64,000 nt of DNA. It comes from Octopus vulgaris (taxonomy: Eukaryota). Each line of letters starts with the position of its first letter. Position 1 is the stretch's first letter. The stretch spans positions 27,218,001 to 27,282,000 of the forward strand of contig OX597815.1 of assembly GCA_951406725.2 (NCBI GenBank). The letters are read 5' to 3'. Both the position numbers and the translations under genes were made by a program. The notes beneath the pieces are model-generated. The model was not told the origin of the DNA and made no database searches. It was given only the letters and a program-made list of their open reading frames with translations. Shown in pieces: positions 1 through 12,763 of this stretch.

Positions 1-270
1 GCGCCGCCTTGGCTGGCTTCCGTGCCGGTGCACGTTAAATGCTCCAACCGATCGTGGCCGATGCCGGAACCCCTGGCACCTGTGCAGGTGGCACGTAAAA
101 AGCACCCACTACACTCGCGGAGTAGTTGGCTTTAGGAAGGGCATCCAGCTGTAGAAACTCTGCCAGATCAGACTGGCGTCTGGTGCAGCCCCTGACTTCC
201 CAGACCCTGGTCGAACCGTCCAACCCGTGCTAGCACGGAAAACGGACGTTAAACGATGATGATGATGATG
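1..270 (+). mobile_element. 3' part of a short retroposon family ending in a (GAT)n tail
   Basis: The motif ...GGAAGGGCATCCAGCTGTAGAAAC...AACGGACGTTAAAC(GAT)n recurs near 32790-33280(-), 34875-35037(-), 36660-37130(-), 53480-53910(+) and 61695-62015(-). Confidence 0.7.
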
Positions 271-959
271 ATATCTATACATGTATATGGATATATACAT
301 ATATGTGCATATGTGTGTGTGCGTGCATACGAGCATGCGTGCGTACGTGCGAGCATGTGTGTGTGCGTGCGAGCATGCGTGCGTGTGTGTATGTTTGCGT
401 GCATGTATGTATGTATCTCTGTATGTATGTTTATATAAGCTTACCATATGAAGTTAAAACCAGGACCGTAGGTGTTGAAACTGAGACGAATGGGAATATG
501 ATGTAAGATTTGAAGAGTCACAGTATTTGGTCTGGGTACTATAGGAGAGCAGGTCTTTTCTCCTTATCAGGCAGAGGATCCGGGGAATATTTTTATTTCA
601 AATATATTAACTTAATTGCACGTTTGGAGACAGTTTCCAGCAAGTGGTGAAGTGCTATGTGTGAGGATTTGTCATTATCACTTAAACGGTTGAGGTTCTG
701 GCTGAGAGACTTAGAAAGACAGATTATGTACAAAAATATTATTCTTTACAACCTATGCATTTAAAGTACTGTCAAGTAGCATTTAAAGATAAATTAAACT
801 CTACACATGTCACAAAGAATTTCTATGTTGCTGCACGTAATATTTCTGCAGCGTACACTCAAGTGAAATTCCTCTCTCTCTCCTTTATTATATATACGTG
901 CATTCGAACGTAGCAGGTAACAGCTAACCTTTGGCCACTATTTGGATCCCGTTGTGTCC

Positions 960-1750
960 ACTACTGTGATTGGTTGGTATTGACGCAATTTGTCTCTTAC
1001 TCTGTCGCGCCAATTTGCTGAGTATAACCAATTAGAGCCTCTAAATAAAATCACGTGAGAGAGCCAGTTTTGAGCCTAGTGTTCGTTATAAAAACCGAGC
1101 TTTTCCCTCATTATATGTCTTTGGTTCCAAACCTTTTAAGGTTTAGCCACTGATCACACAAGACACAGCCAGTTCTAGCGACAACACCACAGCAGCCACT
1201 TTGAGACCAATTTCGTCCAACTGCATTACGGCAGTCTTCTTCTTCGTTGCCACCATCATCTTCTTAACGTCATCAACATCATCTCTCTACGTACACAACT
1301 CAACAAGCAACTCGCTCAAGTTCCAACACTTTTCTGTTCGTGAATTACTTCACCGTGGAGTAACAGCGAATATACAACCTGCATGAACTCCTGTACTAAG
1401 TGACTCAGGCAGCAGCATCACAACCACGACTTCACGTACGACATGGCCGCAATTTCAGTATTTCAACTGTACAATGGACTATGAACTGGTATTCTCATTC
1501 ATGTGTCTATGAACTCACTTCGATTGCTATAGACTCTTTTACTGTTCTCTTCTTTGCTGTTCTTATATTTTCTTAACACACGCTTACATACATTTTGTTC
1601 ACACGAGGGCCTGTCTATTATTCTGTATATACGATACACACACAGACACACATGTTTACATGTCAATAAATCATTTTACGCGGATGTCTTATTTTTCTCT
1701 ACCAGCAGACATTTGAAGTTTATATTCAATTATTGTAATCTTCAATAAAT
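960..1750 (+). mobile_element. LTR-like dispersed repeat, copy 1
   Basis: Colinear similarity to 20418-21260 (e.g. CACAGCCAGTTC.AGCGACAACACCACAGCAGCCA and CATCATCTTCTTAACGTCATCAAC). Contains ATTGG/CCAAT, CACGTG, TATAAAA and AATAAA in LTR-like order. No TSD resolved. Confidence 0.5.
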
Positions 1751-1984
1751 CTTATTTAAAAAAAAAAATATTCAGTTATGTTCGTGTCTGCTTAATTTGG
1801 TATAACATACAGAAACAATAATCAAAAACAACTCACTAGTCAACCTACGACATTCATAACGAACATATCTTTTAGATGTGCTACTTTTCTTCAAATTTAA
1901 AGTTCTATATTGTTCAAACTTCTGCCTGAGAAGTCACAAAGCCATTTGTAACAACAACTTCATTAAATAAGTTATCAATATTTA

Positions 1985-3196
1985 CAAGGGTTGGCTGTAA
2001 TGTTCATAGGCTGACCAAGACATTCTCGTGGAATGTGATCAAATGAGGCTTATTTTTTTCAACACAACCTCCCTTATGGTCCACACACTTCTTCCATTAG
2101 TGTTGCAGTGTTTGGATTCTATTGTTGAAGAAGCTTTCAACTTGTTCGTCAAAAGGTTTATCAACAACAGATATGACATCATCTTCACTGCAATACTGGT
2201 TCCCAGCCAAGTGTTTTCTCATGCTGGAGAACAGATTATAGTCAAATGATGCCAAATCGGGAGAATAGGGACAGTAATCAACCAGTTCAAAGTCAAAGTC
2301 ACACATAGCAGCCATTGAAACCAAGGAGTTATGTGATGGAGCAGTGTCCTGATGAAAATCTCGTAACTGCCTCAGCAAATTGACTCTCCAGTGATGGTGT
2401 GGGCCTTTCAAAGATAAACACAATGCCTTTTATATCCCAAAATATTGAGGCCATCACCTTCCCTGCAGATGAAACAACCTCGGCCTTCTTTGGTGCTGTT
2501 TCCACCGAATGTATTATCTCCTTGTTTCTGGCTCAAAGTGATGAACCCAACACTCATCATGGCTTAAGAAACGTTCAAGGAAACCAGCCGGGTCTGCCTC
2601 AAACAATCTCAGATTTTTCCCTTGATGTGATCAGCCTGGTACGTTTTGATCAGGTATCAGAGGACGTGGCATTCACCGAGCAGAAACCTTCGTCATGCCA
2701 GTCTAGTGTACAAAATATTCTCAACTCTCTCGGGGGATATGCTAATAGCATTGGCTATTTGATTTATAGTCAATCGCCTGTCATCCATCAACATTTGATG
2801 AACACAACCAATGTTTTCCTCGGTGTTGCAGGACGTCTAGACCTTGGGTCATCGTTAAGACTCTCCCTTCTCCTCAAAAATTCAACTGCCCACTTTTCTG
2901 CTGTTGATAAAGCTGGAGTGTCATCCCCTTATGTATCAACCATGTCAGCATAAATGTCATGGGGGTTAGCCCTTTTTCTGCAGATACTTGATAAGACCAC
3001 GATGCCAAATTTTGTTGATTTTCAAGAAAAGTTGCTACCAGTTACTTTTGAAATCTACTCTGAACAGTCAGGGTTACCTGGAAAGAAACAATGCAGTTAC
3101 TAATAAGAAGTGTTAACATTAATGCATGCAAAATTTCACAGCTCTAGCATCACTTCTTCATAGTCAACCTATGAACTTTTCAGCCCCACCCCCTCG
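1985..3196 (-). mobile_element. Mariner DNA transposon, full-length relic with disrupted transposase
   Basis: TA-flanked imperfect TIRs (CAAGGGTTGGCTGTAATGTTCATAGGCTGAC / GTCAACCTATGAACTTTTCAGCCCCACCCCCTCG). ORF 2097..2423(-) has HQDTAPSH and YSPDLASFDYNLF. Confidence 0.9.
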
Positions 3197-3420
3197 TATT
3201 ACTTGATTTCCAATGCTTTAAAACTGGGAGGAATTTAATCACACTAAGTCTTCCGCTCTAAATTCTCTTTGCATAGGTCGAGGTATGAGGAGTGTCTTGC
3301 ATAAAAATTTTAAAATTCTTTCTTCACTTCAATGCTTTCACTATTTCTTTCAAGTTTTTTTTTCAGCCTTTGCACTTTGAGGTAGAAATTCAGTTTTGTT
3401 TTCTTTCTTCTACATTTGTA

Positions 3421-4649
3421 TTAGGTTGTTTCATATGAGATGTCGCATTTTTAATTACTTGTTATTTCAGTCTTTTAAAAACTCAATTATGTATACCTTG
3501 CGTTTAATCTTGACTCTTTTTCTTTTCCAACAATATTTGTATACAAAATGCGTACTCACAGACCTTATGAAAATGATAACAACCAAACTATGTTGAGTGA
3601 TTTTCTCGTATGAGTACAAACTGGGTCACTCTGCCGCAGAAGCTCTAAGGAATATCAAGCGGGCCTTTGGTAATGGTTTTGTTGACATCCGAACTGTTCA
3701 GAGATGGTTACAAAGCTCTCGTTCGGGAGATGATAGCCTTGAAAATAGACCAAGGGGTAGGCCAAAATCAGTTATTCGGCAAGATGGATTAAATGCTTTG
3801 GTTGAACAAAATCCGAGAAAAAGGTTCGAAAACTTTCATCAGAACTCCAGACATCTCGCACAACTGTTTTTGGACACCTGTAAAAAATTGTAAAAGTCAA
3901 GAAAACGGATAGGTTTGTTCCGCATCAACTGAACGAGATTCATAAAAACAGACGCCTCAAAGTGTGCTCCTTATTGCTTTCTCGACCGGAAAAAGACCAT
4001 TAAGGCATCAATGTGATGAGAGATGGATACTTTTTGACAACAGCAGGAGAACAGGACAGTGATTAGTTGCAGAAGAGTCACCTGAACACTACCCAAACCC
4101 ACCATTGCACCCTAAATATTAGTGGTCATTATATGCTGGTCTGCGAAGAGAGTTATTCATTATTCATTTTTGCAACAAGGAAAAACGGTAACAGCAACAT
4201 CGTATTGCCAGGAAATTGATTGTAGGCATGAGAATTTGAAAAAGAAGCAACCCAGACTAAGTGAATAGAGATGGCCCAATTTTGCTCCAAGACAATACAC
4301 GTCCTCACACTTCTCAAGCTACGGCCCAAAAGTTGCAAAGCCTGAATTATGAGATTTTGCAACATCCTCCCTATTCCCCTGATATCTATCCTACTGATCA
4401 TCACTTATTTAAGCATTTTGAGCTTTTCATAATCAATAAAACATTCTTAAATAGAGAAGAGATAATTGAAGCATTCGGACAGTTTATCACAGGAAAAAGA
4501 TGAATTTTTTTTAGAGATGGAAAATATAGCAATAGAATTAATATGAATTAATATGGATCATACTTTGATTAAATAAATCAGTTTTCTAACACTTCTAAAA
4601 CATTTTATTGTTACCTTTCAAATACGATATTTCATGTGAAACAACCTAA
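3421..4649 (+). mobile_element. Mariner DNA transposon, full-length relic
   Basis: TA-flanked TIRs TTAGGTTGTTTCATATGAGATGTCGCATTT / AAATACGATATTTCATGTGAAACAACCTAA. HTH region in ORF 3597..3893. LQDNTRPH and YSPDIYPTDHHLF in ORF 4261..4503. Several stops and frameshifts. Confidence 0.92.
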
Positions 4650-4654
4650 TATTT

Positions 4655-5320
4655 GGTAGCATTTCCAGTTTGATATCTGCTGCGTTGGAATCACCCTTCT
4701 TTGTGACCAAAATCGATTTGTTGAAAAGGCTGTCCATTTTCAAACCATACATACTTTCTCAAAAAAATATATTCAAAAAATTGTTTTTTCAATCCCGAGC
4801 AGTGTTCTTGGGAACAAAAGTAAGATTTCAAGCCAGCAAAAATGCCAAGAATTCTTTCAACCGTAGGTAGCATTTTTGTATTCTACACCGGCAAGGTCAT
4901 AAAATTTTGTTAACTGAGTTACACGAACTGAGTAAATATGGAAATATCTGAACATTTTTAGAAGCGCTTTGATATCACTTGGTACTAGACCAGCAGTTGT
5001 TAGGAGACAATCGCGTACAACGTGTGCAGCACAGCCAGTACCACAAGGTCCATATCACGTTTAGTTTTTAATCAAACGACTTTCCGTCAAGCTGTCATTG
5101 TCAATAACTGAGACTAAAGCATTAGTCGAGAGTGTTGCGTCTCGTGGTATATGGTGCTGAGGATAAATAAAGACTTCGAAATTCGTCCACCAGTCTATAG
5201 AGAACGTTCTCGGATGAATTTAGTGTTCTCACACCTTTTTATCTTAAGCGAGAGTATTTTTTTCCACAATAAAAGCCTGAACAGATTCAAATATGTCCTA
5301 AACATATTTGAACTGATCTA
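4655..5320 (-). mobile_element. Degenerate hAT-type transposase fragment
   Basis: ORF 4691..4873(-) LPTVERIL...LKSYF resembles the helix after the RW motif of hAT transposases. An upstream GCAAH (CxxH) motif reads on the minus strand near 5020-5037. Confidence 0.5.
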
Positions 5321-5410
5321 AATTTTGTTTATTTTCCGTCACTGCTTCGCGCACCGGCGCAAATACACGCGCACGCATACAATCACACATGCATACAAAC
5401 TTGATATATG

Positions 5411-5585
5411 CATACATACATACATACATACATACATACATACATACATACATACATACATACATGCATCAAAACATATATCCATCCATCCATACAACAC
5501 ACACACACACATACATACATACATACATACATACATACATACATACATACATACATACATACATACATACATACATACATACATG
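5411..5585. repeat. (CATA)n compound microsatellite
   Basis: Two long CATA runs seen directly. Confidence 0.95.
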
Positions 5586-5974
5586 CATATAGTTTACTGT
5601 TCCGTTATTGGTAGGATCAACAAAAAATATTCCATCCAGTGAGGGATAAATATCATTTAATGTACACAGTATAAATATACGATCAGCTAATAGTTTCTTG
5701 TCTGAAGACTCGGGTCTGGGCAGGTTTTTATAACACGCCTTTTCACGAGAAAAATGAGAAGGTAGATGCAAAAAGTGGAAGGGTGAAAAAAAAAACGGAA
5801 AAAGAAATGAAAGAAAATTAGAGTTATGTTCCATCTGACTGTAAGGCCATAATTAAGCTAGTTGTAGTAGAATTATTCAACAGAGACAGGGTCCAGAGTC
5901 TGCGAGACAGCTGTTCAATCCGAAGAGGGTAGTGTCCTCCAGTTCGCAAAAAAAGTTTGTCCGTGTAGAGGTAG

Positions 5975-6350
5975 GATTTGCTGTGTGGTAAGTAGCTTGC
6001 TTACCAACCACATGGTTCTGGGCTCAGTCTCATTGTGTGGCACCTTGGGCAAATGTCTTCTACTATAGCCTCGGGCCGACCGAAGCCTTGTGAGTGAATT
6101 TGGCAGACGGAAACTGAACGAAGCCCGTCGTATATATATATTTGTGTGTCTGTGTTTGTCCCCCACCATCGCTTGACAACCGATGTTGGGGTGTTTACGT
6201 CCCCGTAACTAAGCGTTTCGGCAAAACAGACCGATAAAATAAATACTAGGCTAACAAAAGAATAAGTCCTGGGGTCGATTTGCTCGACTAAATGCGATGC
6301 CCCAACATAGCCGCAATCAAATGACTGAAACAAGTAAAAGAATAAAAGAA
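5975..6350 (+). mobile_element. tRNA-derived SINE with CORE-like segment and internal (TA)n(TG)n (family B)
   Basis: Head GCTGTGTGGTAAGTAGCTTGC..GGTTC, CORE-like GGCACCTTGGGCAA.TGTCTTC, tail ...GACTGAAACAAGTAAAAGA. Many copies in the window. Confidence 0.85.
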
Positions 6351-7050
6351 AAGAATATGCTTGCATTTGCTGAAAATTTCGGATCCGGAATTCAGTATTG
6401 CGGTAGAATACTTAGATCTAAAAAGAATGTGAGATATTTCAGCTACGCAAAAGTCGCATTTCTTAGATCCTTTAACATATAGCATGGATTTTTCTACGAT
6501 TCTCCACTTGATTGTATGTGGTCTTCAAACCCTATACTTGGCTAGCCATCTTAAGTAGCTTTATTTTTGTCGTTCTACTGGAAAGAAGACAGGTAGTTTG
6601 CATAACGTCTTTTGAAATCGCAATAGCAGAACTCGATGAAAATTTTCTTTTCGGTTAGGTCACCTTGAAGCATTGCTCTGATTACTGTCTCATATACGAC
6701 AGAGTGTATCATACACGCCTGATCAAGTGGACAAGCTTCGAGGTTTCAACAGTTACAACTGGGAATGAGCTTGTATTTTAAAATACAAATAGAAGCTTAT
6801 GTAAATTCACTCACAGCGTTGTTACTTAAGCAGTTAAGATGCTCAAGTTTAATATTCTTTCGTGATCGACAACCCAAATATAATGAAAATTGGTTTCCAC
6901 GGTCTAACGTTGTTGAAAATGTGATTTTATTACTTTAAACTTGTTTGTACGAGAGTTTGCTTAACGGCATATGATTAAAACAGAAACTGTACACAATAAA
7001 ATGTTCCTTGCCTTTTCATAAATCTGATGTTTTGCTTTATGGTGTCTATA
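6350..7050 (-). mobile_element. Degenerate Penelope-like retroelement, C-terminal GIY-YIG region
   Basis: Minus strand reads SCNC*NLEACPLDQACMIHSVVYE (6690-6760) and YVKGSKKCDFCVAE...ILNSGSEIFSKCKH (ORF 6288..6485). These Cys-rich motifs are typical of the flanks of PLE endonucleases. Confidence 0.65.
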
Positions 7051-8560
7051 ATATTAGACTCTCGTCGCTTCAATGATTGAGGATTCAGCAAATGACCAAG
7101 GTTGCCTATGTGAAGGGTCAAAGCTGAAGACTTCCAGTAGCATCTTCTATTTGTCCCCGTTGTTTCTTTCCCTGTCGCTACTGGACTTGTTAAGAAAATT
7201 TGACGATGTTGATGATAGTCTTGGTTTGCAGAACCTGCACAATGAATATTGTTATAGTGGGCATAGTTTGGTTCAGAACCAGTCCCACTCTCTAGTCCTT
7301 GTGCAACATGAGTCATGAATCCATTAGTTATAAGGATGTAGGAGTTGTGTGAAGTTGCCTTCTTATTGATGGGCAACTAAAGAGCTAAAGGATCCGTTTG
7401 GTGTCTGTGAGTGTCCTTTTTTCCGAAAGCAATTTCGTGACATGTTAATTAACCCCTAATTGGGACCCTACCAGGTACTATTACTCCGAGTCAGAGTAGG
7501 CCTGGGAAAATAGCGGTTAAAAGTTAGTTCAGCACCTCTCAGAACTCTGGAACTTCAGAAGCAGGACTCCGCTACCGAATGCAGTTTAAAGTCATACACA
7601 GAACATGGTGTCTATAATACATTAGTAACAATTGTATTCTTTCAATCGATCCTATTTGTCAGCAAAATAATTAACCGCAATTACTGTATAACGAATTTAA
7701 TACATCGAAGTAGAGAAACAAAGACCGGTATGTTTATTAATTAACCATCCGATAAAACTGAAGTCTCTTCATTAACCATTCAATACCATTCAATTTGATT
7801 GTTGTAATTTGTTTAATTTAGAATCTATTGGATCTCGGAAGTATTCCGAGTATTGAATCACACTGCATTATATCAATTGAATGTAGTATGGTACTTTAAG
7901 CTCAGCCTCCGTTTTTACAATCATTTCTGCCACTTTCTATACACGACACCTATTACGACCTCACGAACTCTTTAAGCTGATATACCACAACCCTGACCCT
8001 AATCCCTAATACAACCATTCTGTCGTGTTTACTGTGAAATTCCAGCAGCATTGTAGTTTGTTTACAATATTGTCGTCATCGCCATCATCACTACCATCCC
8101 CAACAGCACCAGCACTTGTCCTCTCATCACTAGGACCGCCACCATCTCTTTACCTCTAACTCCACCACCATCACCAACATAATCCACCTCTTATCCTACT
8201 GCTTGCTCCATCATCGTATTACTGTCTCTCCCAACATCAACAACAGCATCATTTTTACCCACCAACATATTTAACGAGAAAATTTAGTTTTGATAATAAA
8301 ATTTAAAATAAAAAATGGCATTATCGTGTGAAAATGTTTCGTGGAAAAATGAATTTAAGTCATTTGAGATTATAAAATGACGATCTGGATTTGAAAATGA
8401 AAGAATAAACAAAATATTGTTTTCAAGCTGTGTTCTTAGATGAAGAATGTTTTGAGTGCAATTTTTTGGAATTTCCAGAACTCTAGATATTGTTGTTTTC
8501 TCAAATGTAAGCAAAGACAGCTAACCAAACTATTTAGGTAGCCGAACATGTGAGCACCCA
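6816..8560. repeat. Tandem segmental duplication, copy 1
   Basis: Near-identical to 9510-11670. ORFs 8284..8514 and 11398..11634 are almost the same peptide. Confidence 0.95.
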
Positions 8561-8578
8561 TAGGTGATTGGTTAGTTG

Positions 8579-9390
8579 TGTAGTGACGCTTGGTTCTAGA
8601 CGCCATTGTGGAACATTCATCCACGCATGCGCATAGAATTAGAGCTTTCCGGAGATCTGACGGAAGCCCCTTATGCGCATGCGCAATCATCAGCAGCAGC
8701 TAGGTTTGACCACCCATTCATCCTCTTCGGCCCCAGCTTCTGACCAGACAGGACGCAACTTAAACCAGCTCCGCGGAGCTGGAATTCTGACGGCGAGCGA
8801 CGTTGCGAATCTGTGAAAAATGTCTTCGTATTTTTGTGTCTAGCTACCAACCCAGCTGCTTCCACTCCAAGGCGTCCAGGCTACCGATGTCCAGAGATGA
8901 AATGTTTATTCAGGCGAAATAAATTATTATTGTTATTTGTTCGGAGAGATCTTGTCTTCGCCTTTTTCTTCCATGAACTATGTATGGAATTGTGAAGCAC
9001 CCATCCTGTACCAACTCATCCTTTGTAGCGGCACAAGCAGCTTGTGCCATATTGGATGAGATCTCACGACAGCTATTGCCATCTCCGAGACTGGAGCGAG
9101 ACCTCACCTGCATCCATTTGCCATGCGCGAGATCACAACGAGTCTCGCGATTGAGAAAACTATATAAACGGGAAACCGATTCAGACCAGTTCTCTTCTTC
9201 GGCCACACAACACAGCAGCACTGGCTGTGGTTTTCTGCCTGTCTATTGCTGGAGGCAATGCGCCCACACTATCGGAGCTTAAGATGGTAGCTGAGAGCAG
9301 CACCTTTCACCTTTCCTGTAAATAAACCAGTTGTAAATAGTAGTTGTACTTGAAGTCTTTTCTCTTCGCCTGCCGAAAGCCTGAACTACG
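8579..9390 (+). mobile_element. Solo-LTR-like element between the duplicated copies
   Basis: GC-richer 0.8 kb block with termini TGTAGT...ACTACG, TATATAAA at 9161 and AATAAA near 9321. No clean 4-6 bp TSD. Confidence 0.45.
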
Positions 9391-9843
9391 TAAAGAACAA
9401 GAAGTTAATGGAAGGAAACGATATTCCTCTGATATCAAAAACATTGCCTTCCATTATTAAAGTCGGTTAGTTGATTGGTTGGTTGTCGTTTAATATGATT
9501 GTTGCATTTGCGTTGTTCCTTAAGCAGTTAAGATGCTCAAATTTAATATTCTTTCGTGATCGACAACCCAAATATAATGAAAATTGGTTTCCACGGTCTA
9601 ACGTTGTTGAAAATGTGATTTTATTACTTTAAACTTGTTTGTACTGGAGTTTGCTTAACGGCATATGATTAAAACAGAAACTGTACACAATAAAATGTTC
9701 CTTGCCTTTTCATAAATCTGATGTTTTGCTTTATGGTGTCTATAATATTAGAGGGAAAAGTTCACGAAAAAAACAAAAGACGAAGACAGGTGGTGTAGAA
9801 AACAAACAGATGTATTAGTATAACGCTCAGGAATTGAAAAAGT

Positions 9844-9879
9844 CTTTTACGTTTCGAGCCTACGCTCTTCTACAGAAAG
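9844..9879 (-). ncRNA. Minimal type I hammerhead ribozyme-like motif (Penelope type, variant core)
   Basis: Minus strand: CUUU CUGUAGA A GAGC GUAG GCUC GAAA CGU A AAAG. Stem I is CUUU/AAAG, stem II is GAGC/GCUC, stem III is palindromic ACGU. The core has U at the conserved A6 position. Confidence 0.55.
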
Positions 9880-10732
9880 GGACACATAAAGAAACAAGAA
9901 GATAAAAAATATGTGTGTAATGGCTACCGATCTATCGTCACTTCAATGATTGATTGTTCAGCAAACGACCATGGTTGCCTTTGTGAAGGGTCAAAGCTGA
10001 GACTTCCAGTAGCATCTTCTATCTGTCCCCGTTGTTTCTTTCCCTGTCGCTACTGGACTTGTGAAGAAAATGTGACGGTGTTGATGAAAGCAATTTCATG
10101 ACATGTTAATTAACCCCTAACTGGGACCCTACAAGCTACTATTACTCCGAGTCAGAGAAGGCCTGGGAAAATAGTGGTTAAAAGTTAGTTCAGCACCTCT
10201 CAGAACTCTGGCACTTCAGAAGCAGGACTCCCCTACCGAATACAGTTTAAAGTCATACACAGAACATGGTGTCTATAATATATTAGTAACAATTGTATTC
10301 TTTCAATCGATCCTATTTGTCAGCAAAATAATTAACCGCAGTTACTGTATAACGAATTTAATACATCGAAGTAGAGAAACAAAGGCCGGTAAGTTTATTA
10401 ATTAACCATCCGATAAAACTGAAGTCTCTTCATTAACCATTCAATACCATTCAATTTGATTGTTGTAATTTGTTTAATTTAGAATCTATTGGATCTCGGA
10501 AGTATTCCGAGTATTGAATCATACTGTATTATATCAATTGAATGTAGTATGGTACTTTAAGCTCAGCCTCCGTTTTTACAATCACTGCTGCCTCTTTCTA
10601 TACACGACACCTAATACGACCTCACGAACTCTTTAAGCTGATATACCACAACACTGACCCTAATCCCTAGTACAACCATTCTGTCGTGTTTACTGTGAAA
10701 TTCCAGCAGCATTGTAGTTAGTTTACAATATT

Positions 10733-11169
10733 TGTTTCTTATTACCTACAAGGGGCTAAACATAGAGGGGACAAACAAAGGGATTAAGTCGATTACATCG
10801 ACTCCAGTGCGTAACTGGTACTTAATTTATCGACCCCGAAAAGATGAAAGGCAAAGTCGGCCTCGGCGGAATTTGAACTCAGAACGCAGCGGCGGACGAA
10901 ATACCACAAAGCATTTCGCCCGGCGTGCTAACATTTCTTATTTCTTTATTACCCACAAGGGGCTAAACACAGAGGGGACAAACAAGGACAGACAAAGGGA
11001 TTAAGTCGATTACATCGACCCCAGTACATAACCGGTACTTAATTTATCGACCCCGAAAAGATGAAAGGCAAAGTCGACCTCGGCAGAATTTGAACTCGGA
11101 ACGTAACGACAGACGAAATACCAGAAAGCATTTCGCCCGGCGTGCTAACATTTCTGCCAGCTCGCCACC
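10733..11169 (-). mobile_element. Dimeric tRNA-derived SINE with Meta/MESC-like central domain (family A)
   Basis: Two head-to-tail units absent from duplication copy 1. Flanked by the direct repeat GTTTACAATATT (10721-10732; repeated at 11174-11185). Confidence 0.88.
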
Positions 11170-11574
11170 GTTTGTTTACAATATTGCCGTCACCGCCATC
11201 ATCACTACCATCCCCAACAGCACCAGCACTTGTCCTCTCATCACTAGGACCGCCACCATCTCTTTACCTCTAACCCCACCACCATCACCAACATAATCCA
11301 TTTCTTATCCTACTGCTTGCTCCATCATCGTATAACTGTCTCTCCCAACATCAACAACAGCATCATTTTTACCCACCAACATATTTAACAAGAAAATTTA
11401 GTTTTGATAATAAAATTTAAAATAAAGAATGGCATTATCGTGTGAAAATGTTTCGTGGAAAAATGAATTTAAGTCATTTGAGATTATAAAATGACGATCT
11501 GGATTTGAAAATGAAAGAATAAACAAAATATTGTTTTCAAGCTGTGTTCTTAGATGAAGAATGTTTTGAGTGCA

Positions 11575-11830
11575 ATTTTTTGGAATTTCCAGAACTCTAG
11601 ATATTGTTGTTTTCTCAAATATAACCACAAACATCTAACCAAACTATTTAGGTAGCTGGACATCTAAGCACAATTTCTTGGAATTTCCAAAACTCTAGAC
11701 ATTGTTGTTTTCTCAAATATAAGCACAAACATCTAACCAAACTATTTAGGTAGCTGGAGAACTAAGCACAATTTCTTGGAATTTCCAAAACTCTAGACAT
11801 TGTTGTTTTCTCAAATATAAGCACAGACAG
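11575..11830. repeat. ~97 bp tandem repeat, about 2.6 units
   Basis: AATTT.TTGGAATTTCCA.AACTCTAGA.ATTGTTGTTTTCTCAAATATAA recurs at about 11575, 11672 and 11770. Confidence 0.9.
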
Positions 11831-12763
11831 CTTAGTTGATTGGTTGGTTGGCGTTTAATACGATTATTGCATTTGTTTATATTATCAAATTTTGTAAATA
11901 GGAAACGTGACGAGTTCTAAGATTACAAAAAAGAAATCAAATTCTTCAAAAATCAGCTTGTAAGTAGAATAGTATGCGATACTTTCATAAACATTCAGCC
12001 TCTCTCTCTCTCTCACTTCTATCAGTCCTCCACCTTATTTCTCTCATCCCTCATTCTCTCACCCCCCCCTCTCTCTCTCTCTCTCTATTTGTCCTGATCT
12101 TTGAAAACACGTGGCAGTGTGCCTTCTGATTCCAAACTGCATGCAAATGGACTCACTTGATTGCAACATCTCTTGATCGCAGTATCACGGTGTGATTAAA
12201 GTATCTCTTATCCGCACTGTATCAATTCAGGAGTGCTTCAAATTTCTTCTAGTGCAGAAAAATAACTACTTGCCGTCACCTCCAACAAGCTCGTCTTCCT
12301 TCCCATCATTCATCCCTAACATTCCAAACCGAAGCATCATCATCCCCAGGTAAGACATATCCCAACCGAATATGCACTAATTCCATGAGCAGGGGCCTCT
12401 GAAGAATCTTTTAGTAGGATCATACCAATCTTGCATCCTTCGTGAACACAAACATACAACAGCTCCACATGTACAGAAAGAGAGAGAGAGAGAGATGTGG
12501 GGCGAAGGACAGTTCTTTGTTGTTTATGTCGTAGTATTGGGTCATCCCCTAAATAATGCGTTTTTTTTTTCCAGTTGCATGAACTAAAAGTCGGAGAGGG
12601 ATGGGATAAACTACCTGCATCAACTTGCTATAAAAGCAGGTGGTAATCTTACCTTGTACTTATTCTTAGTTTTGAAGAATGCAGTTCAAATTTAGCAGGA
12701 AAATAAATCAATAAAAATAAAAATAATATTAACTTCCAACGGAAGTCAGTCTCAAAGGGGAGA

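Larger units (their letters stand above)
9510..11670. repeat. Tandem segmental duplication, copy 2
   Basis: Matches copy 1 apart from a ~215 bp deletion and two insertions (about 9753-9932 and 10733-11169). Confidence 0.95.

Noticed and set aside
109-506. ORFs rich in HT/YI/CV/MYVC repeats here and at 5325-5834, 15541-16447, 29134-29741 and 34439-34682
   Set aside because: They are translations of di-, tri- and tetranucleotide microsatellites, not genes.
2399-2953. 184 aa + strand ORF
   Set aside because: It is the antisense shadow of the minus-strand mariner transposase.
6746-6748. In-frame TGA beside a CNC motif in the Penelope-like relic, considered as selenocysteine
   Set aside because: It falls after the Cys rather than replacing it and is best explained by CGA-to-TGA decay. 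The element has other lesions and no SECIS was seen.
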